Positions 26,641-38,597 of a stretch of DNA of 64,000 nt are shown piece by piece. The stretch comes from the human T2T-CHM13v2.0 reference genome, Homo sapiens. How positions within the stretch are numbered: the first letter of the stretch is position 1; each line of letters starts with the position of its first letter. Both the position numbers and the translations under genes were made by a program. Under the pieces are notes generated by a model. That model was given only the letters and a program-made list of their open reading frames with translations, had not been told where the DNA came from and did not search any database. Where the stretch lies: assembly GCF_009914755.1 (NCBI RefSeq), contig NC_060926.1; one strand, written 5' to 3'.

Positions 26641-27559
26641 AAAAAAAAAAGTGAGAATTTGATTTCTCAATAATCTGAATAATTATATTAAAGAACATAA
26701 CCAATCCTATCGCATATGTGTGGAGAAAATGACAATTTGAAAAATTAAGCAAAAACATAAACAATCAGGATTATCTAACAATATAAAATACTATATGTTT
26801 TTATTTCACCTATGATCACTCTGAGGATATTTTTTATACTGAGGAGCTGAATCCCAGTAAGTTTGCAAAACCAGTACGGAAGTGTGTTTAAAGACATGAG
26901 TAGAGGTTTTCCAGTGAAATAGACCTGAGCCTAATCTGATATGATGGAATAAAAGGCACTAATAAGATCAGCAGAGTTGCAGGACAACATGGAACAAAAG
27001 TGCAAAGGGATCTAGAAAGGGACTTGTAAATTTTAGCATTAATTTTTGTCTATTTTAAATTTCACACATTTAATTTTTATAATATTTAAGTTATGTTTTG
27101 TAACTATAATTCCCTAAACCATCATTTTCCTTGAGGTTGATTCTAAACAACTGTAAAACTTTGATCACTATAATATTATTATTTTTTAATGTTTTGTGCA
27201 GAATAGTGTATTGAGACTTGGTCAGTAGAGAAGAAATTGATTATATATGATTCAATCTGTTCTGCTTTTCTGTAAGGAATAAAGTCTAAATAAGATTAGT
27301 AGGATTATATTTTCTTATACTATGTAAGTGCTCAAAGATGCACCATGCTTTAGGTGGACAGTAGGAGCACAATTTCAAGAGAACCATTGTTATTTTTTCT
27401 TAAATTTTACTGGAATCGTTATGAAAATAACTTTGTCTCTTAACCTTATAATTAGTATATTTTGAGTTTTTTGAAGTTAACTTTTTACTAAAGTACATAT
27501 CAGAAAACTGCATATACTGGTGAATTTCAAACCCATCTCAATTCAATCTGGTTATATTT

Positions 27560-28010
27560 TTATCTTATTCTGATTAATCATCTCCATTTTTCAGGGTCTA
27601 TTCTTGAAATTTTACAGATCTCCTCTATTTTCTCTCACATTTTTTATCTATCATTTTAACTTTATATTTTGAGAGATTCTTGTCCTCTAGCTCCCATAAT
27701 TTATATATTTCTTAATGTTAGGCCATTACAATTTTATAATTTTTAATTTCCAAAAATGCTTTTATGATATCCAATAACTCCTTTACATGGAATATTTTAT
27801 GAAGGTCATAATTCATGTATCTTAAAACATTAATAAAATATTTTACTTTTGTGTTTTATGTATTATTTTTGTTTCTTCCAGGATTTTTGCTTTTTTTCAT
27901 ATTGGACCTTATTTTTTATGATTGAAAGATAGAACCAGATAAATTTAGAATCATATGCCAATATCCAGGAGTTGATCACTTTAAGCTTAATTAATTTTTC
28001 AGATTCATAT
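27560..28010 (-). mobile_element. Ancient L1ME-like fragment (apparent host of the MER50 LTR)
   Basis: T-rich degenerate antisense L1 sequence. Weak call. Confidence 0.35.
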
Positions 28011-28827
28011 CGATAGGACAGGAGGCAGGGAAATACTAGGAAGAAAAGGGCAGGGTCCCTGATGAAGCACCACACTCAAGCCTGGACCCACGGCCCAAAG
28101 TGAGAACATGCGTTCCTGTTTTCTATTTCAAATGTTGCTTTTTGGCCTGCCCCGCCCCCCGTCTTGTACCCATAAAAACTCCAGGCTCCACTGGCAGAGA
28201 GGTGTCAGAGTGGCAGAGTGGCAGAGAAGGAGAAAAGAGAAGAAGCGGCCAGACAATGTAGAGAAGCCGCTTGACTTAGAGGGACAGATTGATGGCGGGA
28301 CTTCAGAGGAGGGTTCAGCCAGGGACCACCAAACTCCAGGGGAAGACCACCTTTCCACTCTATCCCCTTTCCACCTCCCTATCCTGCTGAGAGCCACTTC
28401 CACTGCTCAATAAATCCTTCACATTCACCAACCTTCAATTTGTTCATGCAACCTGATTTTTTCCTGGACACTGGACAAGAACTTAGGTATCAAGAGGGAG
28501 TGTGCAAAAGCTGTCACCATGACCCTCCACTGAGCCGTTTAACTCTTAAGCCATCTGTGAACAGCAAAGCTAAAAGAGCATACTGTAATACATGCCCTCT
28601 GGGGCTCTGGGGATCACAGGTAACCCCCTAGATGCTTCTATGGGGCTGCTCAGAGTTCTACTCCTGCTGGCACACATAAGCACTCCTCTTGGCACCTGCA
28701 CCCACTCACCTGTGTGCTCCCCCTCCCATGGAGGGGTTGAGAGCTGCAGGTTGAGTAAATGAGCCAACCACTTTAGGAGTCCTGCAAAGGGGTCATGCAA
28801 AGGGGTCAAGGGAACTATCCCGTTTCA
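28011..28827 (+). mobile_element. MER50-like ERV1 solo LTR
   Basis: (c)gataggacaggaggcagggaaatact...ctcaagcctggacccacggccc...ccaaactccaggggaagacca...caataaa...gggaactatcccgtttca. 4-bp TSD ATAT at 28007-28010 and 28828-28831. Confidence 0.9.
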
Positions 28828-29039
28828 ATATCTAGATTTAAATATTTAACTCTGATTCTATGGGAGTAGTAGGTGTTTACTGGGCAAGAACGCAAGATAA
28901 TAATGCAGCATATATTGCTTGTGTCGATTATAAATGATACAACCTTGCAATTCTATAATGCTATGTATCCTCACAATAATTTTTAAATTCTTTACTTTCA
29001 TTGGTATTTCTGATTTTCACTTCTTTACCACTGACACAT

Positions 29040-29500
29040 CTTGATATTTCAGGGTCATCCTATGCTTGTATTTTCTCAGCCCTGGAATCAGTCCTGGGTG
29101 CTTTTATTGGACAATAATTCTTGGAAATCAAAATCTGGGCTTTAGGTGTGTTGGTTGCTATGGAAAGCAGTAGTCTGCTAGAAAATATGCGTATGTGTAT
29201 ATATTCACCCACTGAAAAATGCACACATATATATGTATATATATAGTTATAGATATACATATAGACATAGATATATCTGACTTTATTTATATAACTATCT
29301 ATCTTTATTTATATATTAAAAACTCTGAGTTCACACAGATGACTATAATGCCAAGACAGCACCACAGGGTTTATTTCAGTTTCCCCACTTCCCATATTTT
29401 TATCTTCTTCAATAATGAGAAAGGTGACTCACATGATCCTAACCCTCCTATATTTGCTAATTTGTTCAATATCTCTAAATTTAATCAATCTCTTAAACTC
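29040..29500 (-). mobile_element. L1MC-type 3' region fragment
   Basis: cagccctggaatcag...ttggaaatcaaaatctgggctttaggtgtg...tgagttcacacagat...aataatgagaaa, typical of L1MC4/5 3' ends. Confidence 0.65.
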
Positions 29501-29809
29501 ATGAGCTGCCTCTTTTGATGACAGCTCTACCAAAGACACTGGCTGAGTGGCTGTTTCCTGGATGTTAGCGCTGTAAATACAACAGCTGTACCAGGCAAAT
29601 CTCTCACCCTGGACCTACAGAATGTGCTAGCCACACAAGATAATTTGTTAAACCCATGCCAGCTGCCTCCACCAAATTTTAGTCCTAGCTCCACAGTGGA
29701 CAGATCCTCCACCCTGACTCCACCACAGATAAATCTCTGTCAGTTGGACGCTTGGCCCAGGTAAAGGGGGCAAGGATGCAATCAAGCAAGGGTAAGGTTT
29801 GCCTCATAT

Positions 29810-30145
29810 ATATGAGCCACATAATGATGTTTCCCTCAATGATAAACTACATATATGACTAGGGTCTCATAAGATTTTAATATTGTATTTTTACTGTGCC
29901 ATTTTTATGTTTAGATAAACAAATACTACCACTGTGTTACTATTGCCTGCGTTACTCAGTATAGTGACATGCTGTACAGATGTGTAGCCTAAGAGCGATA
30001 GGCTATACCATTCAGCCTAGGTAAAGAAGAGTAGTAGGCTATAGCATCTAGGTTTGTAATGTACTCTCTATGTTGGCACAACCGCAGAATCACCTAATGA
30101 TACATTTCTCAAAACATATCTGTGTTGCTAAGGGATGCATGACTA
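29810..30145 (+). mobile_element. Tigger3a (MER7A)-like DNA transposon
   Basis: atgagccacataatgatgttt...ggtctcataagattttaatattgtatttttactgt...gcctaagagcgataggctatacca...cacctaatgatacatttctc...gatgcatgact. Confidence 0.88.
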
Positions 30146-30186
30146 TATGTTTTTATTTGCCTTTTTGCTACATAAAATATGCTCCG

Positions 30187-30525
30187 CATTATAGTCTGAA
30201 TGCTTGTGTTTCTCCAATACTCGTTTGTTGAAACCTGATCACCCAAGTCATTGTTACTGGGGGTGCGGCCTTTGGGAGGTGAGTGGGTCGTGAGGGTAGA
30301 ACCCTCATAAAAAGCAGCCTCAGAGAGCTGCCTTTCCTCCTCTGCCATGTGAAGACACAGTGAGAAAGCTCCCTCTATGTAGAAGCAGGCCCTCACCAGA
30401 CACTGAATCTGTTGGTTCTTTGGATCTTGGACTTACCAGACTCCAGAAGTGTAAGAAATAACTTTCTTTTGTTTAAGAGCCACCCAGCTCATGATATTTT
30501 GTTAAATCAACTCAAATAATAAGTA
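30187..30525 (+). mobile_element. MLT1A-like MaLR LTR
   Basis: tagtctgaatgcttgtgt...ggcctttgggaggtga...gccatgtgaagacacagtgagaa...gccctcaccagacactgaatctg...gatcttggactt. Confidence 0.85.
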
Positions 30526-31214
30526 TAATTAATTTACGATCTAGGTTGTGATTTGGTCCTTCAATTTTGTGCCATTTGTATCAATTCTAACAGATCTTTT
30601 CCAATGACTTTATTGGGTGATCATCACTGTTCCTTGTTTATGTTTCACTCCTTCTGTTAGTGTTTTCCTCTGGCCATTTTTAGTAACTGGTGAAGTCTAA
30701 TGGAAAGCTTTCTTTATTGCAAAATTTTTAGCGTTGTCAAAAAAGGAAAACGTTGCTGGCAAGAAAAGAACATAATGCTAAAATGCAGAGAGAAACTATA
30801 CCACATTTATAAACTAAGGAATAGGAAGTTACAATTAACTTGTTAATTATGTCTTTAATGCACAAAGAAATCTTCCAAAATTCTTTGAACTAAGTGAAAT
30901 AAATGGATGTATTTCTTTATATTTGTATTTTAATTTTATATTAACTCTCATACAGGGGAATTCACAGAGTTTAGCATAATTTAGCTGAGTTTCGGCTGAT
31001 ATGGAAGGAAAAAAAATCAAAGTGCAAAGGCTGTACTCAGCAAGGACATTCATTAAAACATCACTCCCTAGTCATGAAAAATTATTTACCATGCTTATAT
31101 CTGACACTCAAGAAAGGTTAAAAATTTCATTAATTATCAGGAACCTCATTTTTAGAATTCAAAATGGCATTAAAATAAAGCTCGAAATCCAGAAGCCTCA
31201 TCAATGAAAATAGT

Positions 31215-31420
31215 GATAATAATAATATGTTAATTTATACAGTGCTTTATATGAAGTAAGGCAATTTTAATAGTGTCCTATTATATTTTCATCCTTTCAA
31301 ACACTCATAGGTTTGTAATCATATCCTCTCAAAGATCAGGAAACAGAGAATGAGAAAGATAAGCTAGGGGCCGAAATTCAACATGATAGTGAGTATTGCG
31401 CCCTGGATGAGGATTTTGAC
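31215..31420 (-). mobile_element. MIR fragment
   Basis: ataataataatatgttaatttatacagtgcttta...aggaaacagagaatgagaaagataag. Confidence 0.55.
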
Positions 31421-31818
31421 TAATGCAAGAGAAGAGAAATTTAAGTTTCCATCTCCATCTCTTCTCTATTGAAAATTGGGCTCTGTTGATCTGCCTGAGA
31501 ATATTATTCTATCTTTTCATCTGGCTGACATCATTAAGATGCTTGTCATCACTTAGGCTAGTTTGTGTTTGCTGGTTTGCCCTAATTGGAAACTCTCATT
31601 GTGAATTTCAAAGGAGACAAGTCTGTTGATGATTGATTAAAACATCACAATAGGCAAGACAGACAAAAGATATCAATTTATTCCAATGTTGTGGTTCAGT
31701 GATGACAAATTTTCTTAGCATCTGTTTGGGTGTTTGATTAAAATACTCTATCAGCCCATCTGTTTCTAGCTGATAGGGAGTTTTCTATAAAGGGGGAATT
31801 TTAAAAAGCTCACACACC

Positions 31819-32137
<319 letters not shown>

Positions 32138-32529
32138 GGAAGTTGCCACTCCAAGCCTTGGCTGTTGTACCTTTAAATGTGCTTTCTTGGCAATAGGCTA
32201 TGATAGTGCACTGCACACACTAGGTTCCCAATAGATTTGTTTCCTTTCTTACATTGGACTAGTAGATGTACTAGTATATCTACTATGATGTTTCTGTTAT
32301 TACATTGTGATATTTTTACTCATCATTATAAAAATTTTAATAACCAATTCTACATTTACAGTTTATCTTAATTTATCAATATGATATTGGGCGTATTAGA
32401 ATATGCCTTGATGTTTCAATTCATTTACCTGTAAAAATGATGCTATTTTTAAATATTTCAAAGTAATTATAAGGATTAAGTGAGATATTTAAGACAAATT
32501 TAACTTGGGAATGCAAGTTGAATTTAATA

Positions 32530-34420
32530 TTAATATATAAATCAATGTGCTTCAATATGATAATAAAATAAAAAATATGAATGTCTCAAAAAGGTGTTTA
32601 AAGTTTTTTTGATAAATTTTAACAATGTTTCAAGAACAAAATTCTTTCTTTAAAAAGCACATTGGGGAGATACTTTTTCAATCTGTAAAAGCATCTATCA
32701 AATCCCAGCATTTGCATTTTACTTAATAGTGAAATATTAAACATTTTGCCCCTAACACTGGTACTAGGCAAAGTTTTTTCTTCTCTCCTGGTTAGGATTG
32801 TAGCAGAGGTCCTAGCAATTACAATACAGGAGAAAACAAAAGAAAAAGCATAAATATTAGGGAAAAAAATCTGCCTTTATTTACAGGTGACATAGTTGTA
32901 TATGTAGAAAATCCTAAGGATTATTTTTCAAATACCCAATATAATAAGTAAATTTGAAAATTATTCATGATGAACAAAATAAGCAGCTGTATTTCTATTT
33001 AACAGCGACAAACAAGTAAAATATGAACTATTGAAAAAAATAACAAAAAATTGAAATAAGAATCATTTTATCAAACACTTGTATAGCTACAGTGAAAGTG
33101 ACAAAATATTGTGAGAAATTACAAGTCATAAATTGAGAGATAAACTGCATTAATTTGAGTAAAGACATGCCTATTCTTTCCAAATTGCTATCCATTCTCT
33201 CCAATATGGTCTACAAAATTACAGCAGATTTTTTTAAGTGACAAGGGAACTACAAAGGACCTAGAAGAGCCAACACAATATTGATAAAGAAATCATATTG
33301 TCTGATGTTAAAGACTTCTTATATATCTGCAATAGTTAAGACAGTGAAGCGCTGTCATTAACAACAGACAAGTAATCATTTAAACAGTCTACAAAGTAAA
33401 ACAAAAGACACATGTTTATATAATAAACTTATCTTTGCAAAATATTTAAATGGAAAAAGAAAACTTCCACAAATTGCACTGGAATAACTAGACATTCATA
33501 TGGAAAAGGGTAAAAGCCCTCAGTCATACTTCAAATAGTGCAAAAATTATTCTGAAATGGATTTTAGACATAAACATAAAATATTTTACTACAACGCTTC
33601 TAGAAAGAAGCAGCAAAACATCTTCATAACTTTGAGGTAAACAAAAATTTATTAGAAAGGCCATTAAAGGCACTAACTCTCAAAAGAAAAATAGCAAATT
33701 TTGTTCCAACAACTTAAAAGCTTTGCTCATAAATAACTTCATTTGGAAAATGAAAGAAACAAAGAACAGACTTAGAGAAATTGTTATACATACAGTTAGA
33801 AAAGGAATTGTTCCCATGATAACCAAATAATTTACGCAGTTAAATACTATGTCATAAATATAATAAAAATGAACCAGGAATTGACACTACAAAAGATATC
33901 GTACAAATAGTCAATAAACACATGTAAATATTCTGCACATACTAGTCATCAAGAAAATGCAGGTTAAACTATGAAAACAATAAACAATAAAAATAAAATA
34001 AAAATTTAAAAGACCTGATAATAGCAAATTAAAGAGTGTGGAACAACTGGAGCTTTTATATATTGTAGGTGGAATTTGTAAAATTTTGCTACTCTTCTGG
34101 AAAATGTTACAGCAGTTTCTTACAAAGTTAAAAAGAAACCTAAACTATAACCCAGAAATTTCTCTCCAAAGTATTTACTCAACTAAAATGTACACATATG
34201 TCTACAAAATGACTTATAGGAGAATGATTATAGGAATTTTATTCATAATAGGCTAAAACGATATACAAATTCAATGTCCATCAACATGAAACAATGTGGT
34301 GATGTCATTCAGTAAAATAAAAATAAAAACCTGCTGATACATGCAAGGCAACATAAAAAATATATAATAGCTATTAAATTTTAAACTATTTTAAACAGTT
34401 ATTACATCAATAAATTTTTT
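32530..34420 (+). mobile_element. Old L1M ORF2 3' half and 3' end
   Basis: ttatttacaggtgacatagttgtatatgtagaaaatcctaa (FADDM-equivalent region), gtggaacaactggagctttta, actataacccagaaatttctctcc, aatgtccatcaaca. Confidence 0.85.
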
Positions 34421-35103
34421 AGGAAATACGTATCTGTGCTTTCTCTCATTGTTTAGGGATTATAATCTTCAGAACGCTTATCATATGGTCAATATTCCCT
34501 GGATGAGATCCAATACCATAACAATCTTCTTACAGTGCCATTATCATTAATAAATAAATTATTCCAGGTGTAATCTTAACCAAACAGAAAAAAAGAGACC
34601 ATAATTTTCTTCTTTCTGGACATCATATTTCAAAGAATAAAATTTTATATTGCATTAACTTTTGTGTGGTAGTCTTATCAAAGTTAAAACTTATATTTTA
34701 AGTGGTTCTCAGCTTTTAACTTTTATAAGAAAGCTTCATAAATCTCAACAGAAAAAATTAGTTTGTTTTTCTTTATTAAGTCTTGATTTTGAGAACTCAA
34801 ATCCAAAAGTATCCCATAAACTGTGGATTGGAAACAAATGTTTAAGTATGTACAAGACAAATTTACTGCTCTGGACTAATCAAATTTTCTAGAGACTGCA
34901 GTAAAAACAAGTTTGGAGTCAGAAAGTTATCTGAAAGTGGCTGTAAGCTTACATGAGTCCCAAAACACCTGTTGCTCTAGTTATTAACTTTAAGAAAAGT
35001 TTGAAGTCTTGCATTGACAATATTTATAACTCACTTTTCACCTTGAAATCTTAGTACTGTCAGTCTTACAGGTGATCTTAGCATTTCCAAAGCATCTTGT
35101 CAG

Positions 35104-35550
35104 TGAAATTGACCCAATAGTCCCATCAATTTTTTTTTTTTGTAATAAACCTAGAAATTGACCCTTCTGTCTTAATGCTTGAAAGTTACATTTGTTTTAT
35201 CTGAGTTTCTTCCTCAGGAAATGACCTTCAGACCTCTCAAAAAAAGATCAAAGGACTGAAACTCATTAGGTCACCACATCCAGACAATATGTTGGACTCT
35301 TCATACATCATGGTTACTTCCTTGCTCCTCCGTCGTTCTTGTTTTCTTACATAGAGTTACATTTCTTCCCTGCTATGTAAACCCCTAGTTGTAGTCAGTC
35401 AAAGAGATGGATTTGAGACTGATCTTTTATCTCCTCAGCTGCAGTACCCAATTTGAGCCATCTTCCTTGGCAATAATTGTTGTCTCAGTCATTGGCTTTC
35501 TGTGTGGCAAGTAGCAGGACCTAGACCTAAGGCCTGATGTTTTGGTAACA
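35104..35550 (+). mobile_element. LOR1-like ERV1 5' LTR
   Basis: tgaaattgacccaatagtccc...tagaaattgacccttctgtcttaatgcttgaaa...gagatggatttgagactgatc...ttggtaaca. Confidence 0.85.
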
Positions 35551-37674
35551 GATTTTGGTTCCCCAACTAGAAAGAAATGTGTTACTCATGGCTTGGCTGA
35601 CACTGGCCAGAAGTCTTAGAAGCCCTCCTAAGCAGCTTCCCAGTCAATTTTGGCTGGAGGTGAGTTTCAGTCTCTTTCTGGCCCTGCCACTGCCAGGCCA
35701 GAGTTTCTGATTCCCTCGAAAGAGCTACCTTTGAAATTTGACATCTGGATAGGTGAGTTTCCTTTGTGGATCCAGACAGCAGCATCTGCTCCTTTCCGTT
35801 TGGAAAATTTTTAAAGGAATTTCCCTTTGCAGGTAAACAAGCTGCACTGACAGAGGGAAGCACACTCACTCAGTATGGCCACTCTTGGGGGCTTGTTTGT
35901 AATTGTGTATTGTGTATGTGTCTGATCAAGTGAGTGTCTTTTGTGGGTACCAGACAGTGGGGTTGGCTCCTTTCAATTGAGAAATTCTGAAGGAATTTTT
36001 GTTTGCAAGTTGAACAAAGCCCAACCAATAGAAAGAAAAGGCAACCTGACTGTTTAAGTTTGGACATTCCTGGAGCCTGTTTGTTGCAGCAGCAGTTGGA
36101 TTGTGTTTTGCTGATTGTGTGTATGTCATGGGAAATTAGTATTCAATAAACGGACACTCTTTTGTGATATTGTTTGGTCCCAACATTGTTTGGAATCTGG
36201 AGCTTGTTACTGAATGGGAAAGTGGGATGGAGTTGCATGCATCCGAGCTTTTGGGCTGCTGTTCTAAACAGGGTCATGTCTGGTTAGTATGTGATGTTCT
36301 CCTGTGGTGCTGTTTGGCCCCAGTGCTCTTTGGAGTGTGGGGAGGTTTGGCCTTTAAAAATCAAACTTCCATGAAAACTGCTTTACCCAAAATTTTGGTT
36401 CCCAGCCTTCATTGCATTACCTATCAGAGTAAACTGCAACTATATAAACTGGTGAATTTTTACTGCTATCACGACTAGAGTTCTGAGGTAAAAGCTATCA
36501 GATTTTTGTTTATGTGTGCATATACTGGCCTAGATGTGTTTATGTATGTATATTTATTATGTTGTATATTTTTGTCTACCAAACTGGCTTATAAATAAAA
36601 GAGTGATTATAAGTTAAGTAAGCCCAAAGTATTTTTCAAGTTCACATGGCTTACATAAACATTTAATAAACAATCTGACTTTAATAATTGTTGCATGCCA
36701 CAGAAATAACCAAGTTTTAAAATCAACTGTGTCTTTAACTATGGCTGTCTTAAGGTCTTTGTCATCCACAACTGTTTTGCTTTAATCCTTCTCAAATGTG
36801 ACTTACAATCAGCTACAGTCCAGAGCTTGCTTCTTTGGGGAAGTTCATGGAAAGGACTCTTGAATGCAGGTTTCTGATAACTTAGGAGATTGTACCATTG
36901 GATTTGAGAGAAAACTTACAGGGCACTAATTGAAAGGCTTATGCGTTCATAAAGATTGCTAACCCAATATGAAACCTAGCAGAAGCTGATTCCATGGACT
37001 AAACTAATGGAGGACTAAAATAATTTTTATGGCATTTTTTTTTGAAATGTTGTTATTTTTCAAAAAATATGAAGAGTTTTGTTTTCTTGTGAGCTATTTA
37101 TAGACTGTAAGTATACTTTAAGTATATTGAGCAGATGATACTTTTGTAAACAGAATTTGAGGCGCATTTCTCTCTCTGCTTAATTTCTCCAGAATTTGAG
37201 AACTATATGTGAATATTCTTAATTCATTGTAATGTATTAGTTTGCATATGTTTAATAATAATAATATGTTTTATTTTATAATGAGAGACAGTTGAAGGAA
37301 TTCATTATTTTCTCCAAACTTTGACCAAAATGACTTTGTGAGAGGTTCCAACAAAGCCAATTTTGGACAGCCTATATGGACAATGATTATAGCTGCACTT
37401 TGTGTGGGTAAGCAGGCCAAGTATATAGGGCTGAAGTTTATTTTGCAAGTATATTAGTCTTGCTGTGATTTGTCTTTGATAAAAGTGGGGGGCTGGAGAG
37501 AGATATTGTTTCAAAAGAAAACTATAGTATTAGATTGACTTTCATTCCTTGGTGGACACGTGGTCACGCATGGTATGGAGCTGCCCATGATGCTCTTCCT
37601 CAGGATGAAACAGCCAGAAAGATAGATGACCATATTCCAGATGATTCAGGAATTGATAAATCAGAAGGGAGGAC
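35551..37674 (+). mobile_element. LOR1-like internal region, deleted and non-coding
   Basis: PBS-like tggttccccaactagaaa (35556-35573) just after the 5' LTR. Polypurine tract agaagggagg just before the 3' LTR. No gag/pol/env ORF. Confidence 0.8.
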
Positions 37675-38115
37675 TGAAGACCCAATAGCCCATAGATAGG
37701 TTTTTTTTTTTTATGAAAGTAGAAATTGACCCCTCTTGTCTTAAAGCTTGAAACGCATTTGTTTTATCGGAGTTTCTTCCTAAGGAAATGACTTTCAGAC
37801 CCCTCAAGAAACAAAAACTGAAATTCACCAGGTCACCACATCCAGACAATGAGATGCCAGACCGCTCATTCATTACAGTTGCTCCCTTGCCCTTCCCTAG
37901 TTTATGTTTTCTTATACATTCTTACGTTTCTTTCCTGCTATATAAACCCCTAGTTTTAGTTGTTCAATGAGATAGATTTGAGACTGATCTCCCATCTCCT
38001 CAGCTGCAGCACCTGATAAAAGCCAACTTTCTTGGCAATAATTGATGTCTCAGTCATTGGCTTTCTGTGTGACAAGCAGCAGGATCTAGAGTGAACCCCT
38101 GGTATTATGGTAATA
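37675..38115 (+). mobile_element. LOR1-like ERV1 3' LTR
   Basis: Direct repeat of 35104-35550. 4-bp TSD TCAG at 35100-35103 and 38116-38119. Confidence 0.88.
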
Positions 38116-38384
38116 TCAGTAGACTAATTTTCTGCATGAGCTTCCACTGACAGAGAAGGAAGGAAGCAGAATAAAGGAGTCTCTGTGGGCAATGCAAAAT
38201 ATAGGAACACAGTGTTCTCATTTTATAAGAAGGGACAGAGAAAGTAGTGAGACTGAACACACTCTTTGGTCCTTAAATTGATTTATGATCCTTTGTGATC
38301 CTAATGAGAGAACACCAGAGTCACAGTGTGAGCACTGTAAAAAAAGACAAGCATGGAAGGTGGTAATGCCCAAGGGTCTGAGGG

Positions 38385-38564
38385 TGAGAGGTGAAGCTGG
38401 CTGGGGACTTGGAGAATTTTTCTGTCTAGCTAAAGGATTGTAAATGCACCAATCAGCACTCTGTGTCTAGCTAATCGGGTGGGGACTTGGAGAACTTTTG
38501 TGTCTAGCTAAAGGATTGTAAACGCACCAATCAGCACTCTGTGTCTAGCTAAAAGTTTGTAAAC
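38385..38564 (+). mobile_element. LTR12 (ERV9, LTR12F-like) 5' fragment
   Basis: tgagaggtgaagctggctgg, then a 78-bp-period repeat ggggacttggagaa...tctagctaaaggattgtaaa-gcaccaatcagcactctgtgtctagctaa. Confidence 0.93.
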
Positions 38565-38565
38565 T

Positions 38566-38597
38566 TTTTTTACAGAGTTTGACTTTTTTCGTCAACA
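38566..38597 (+). mobile_element. 3' terminus of a MER4/LTR8-group LTR
   Basis: ttttacagagtttgacttttttcgtcaaca resembles the recalled MER4-group end TTTTACAGAGTTTGACTCTTTTCGTCGACA. Confidence 0.6.
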
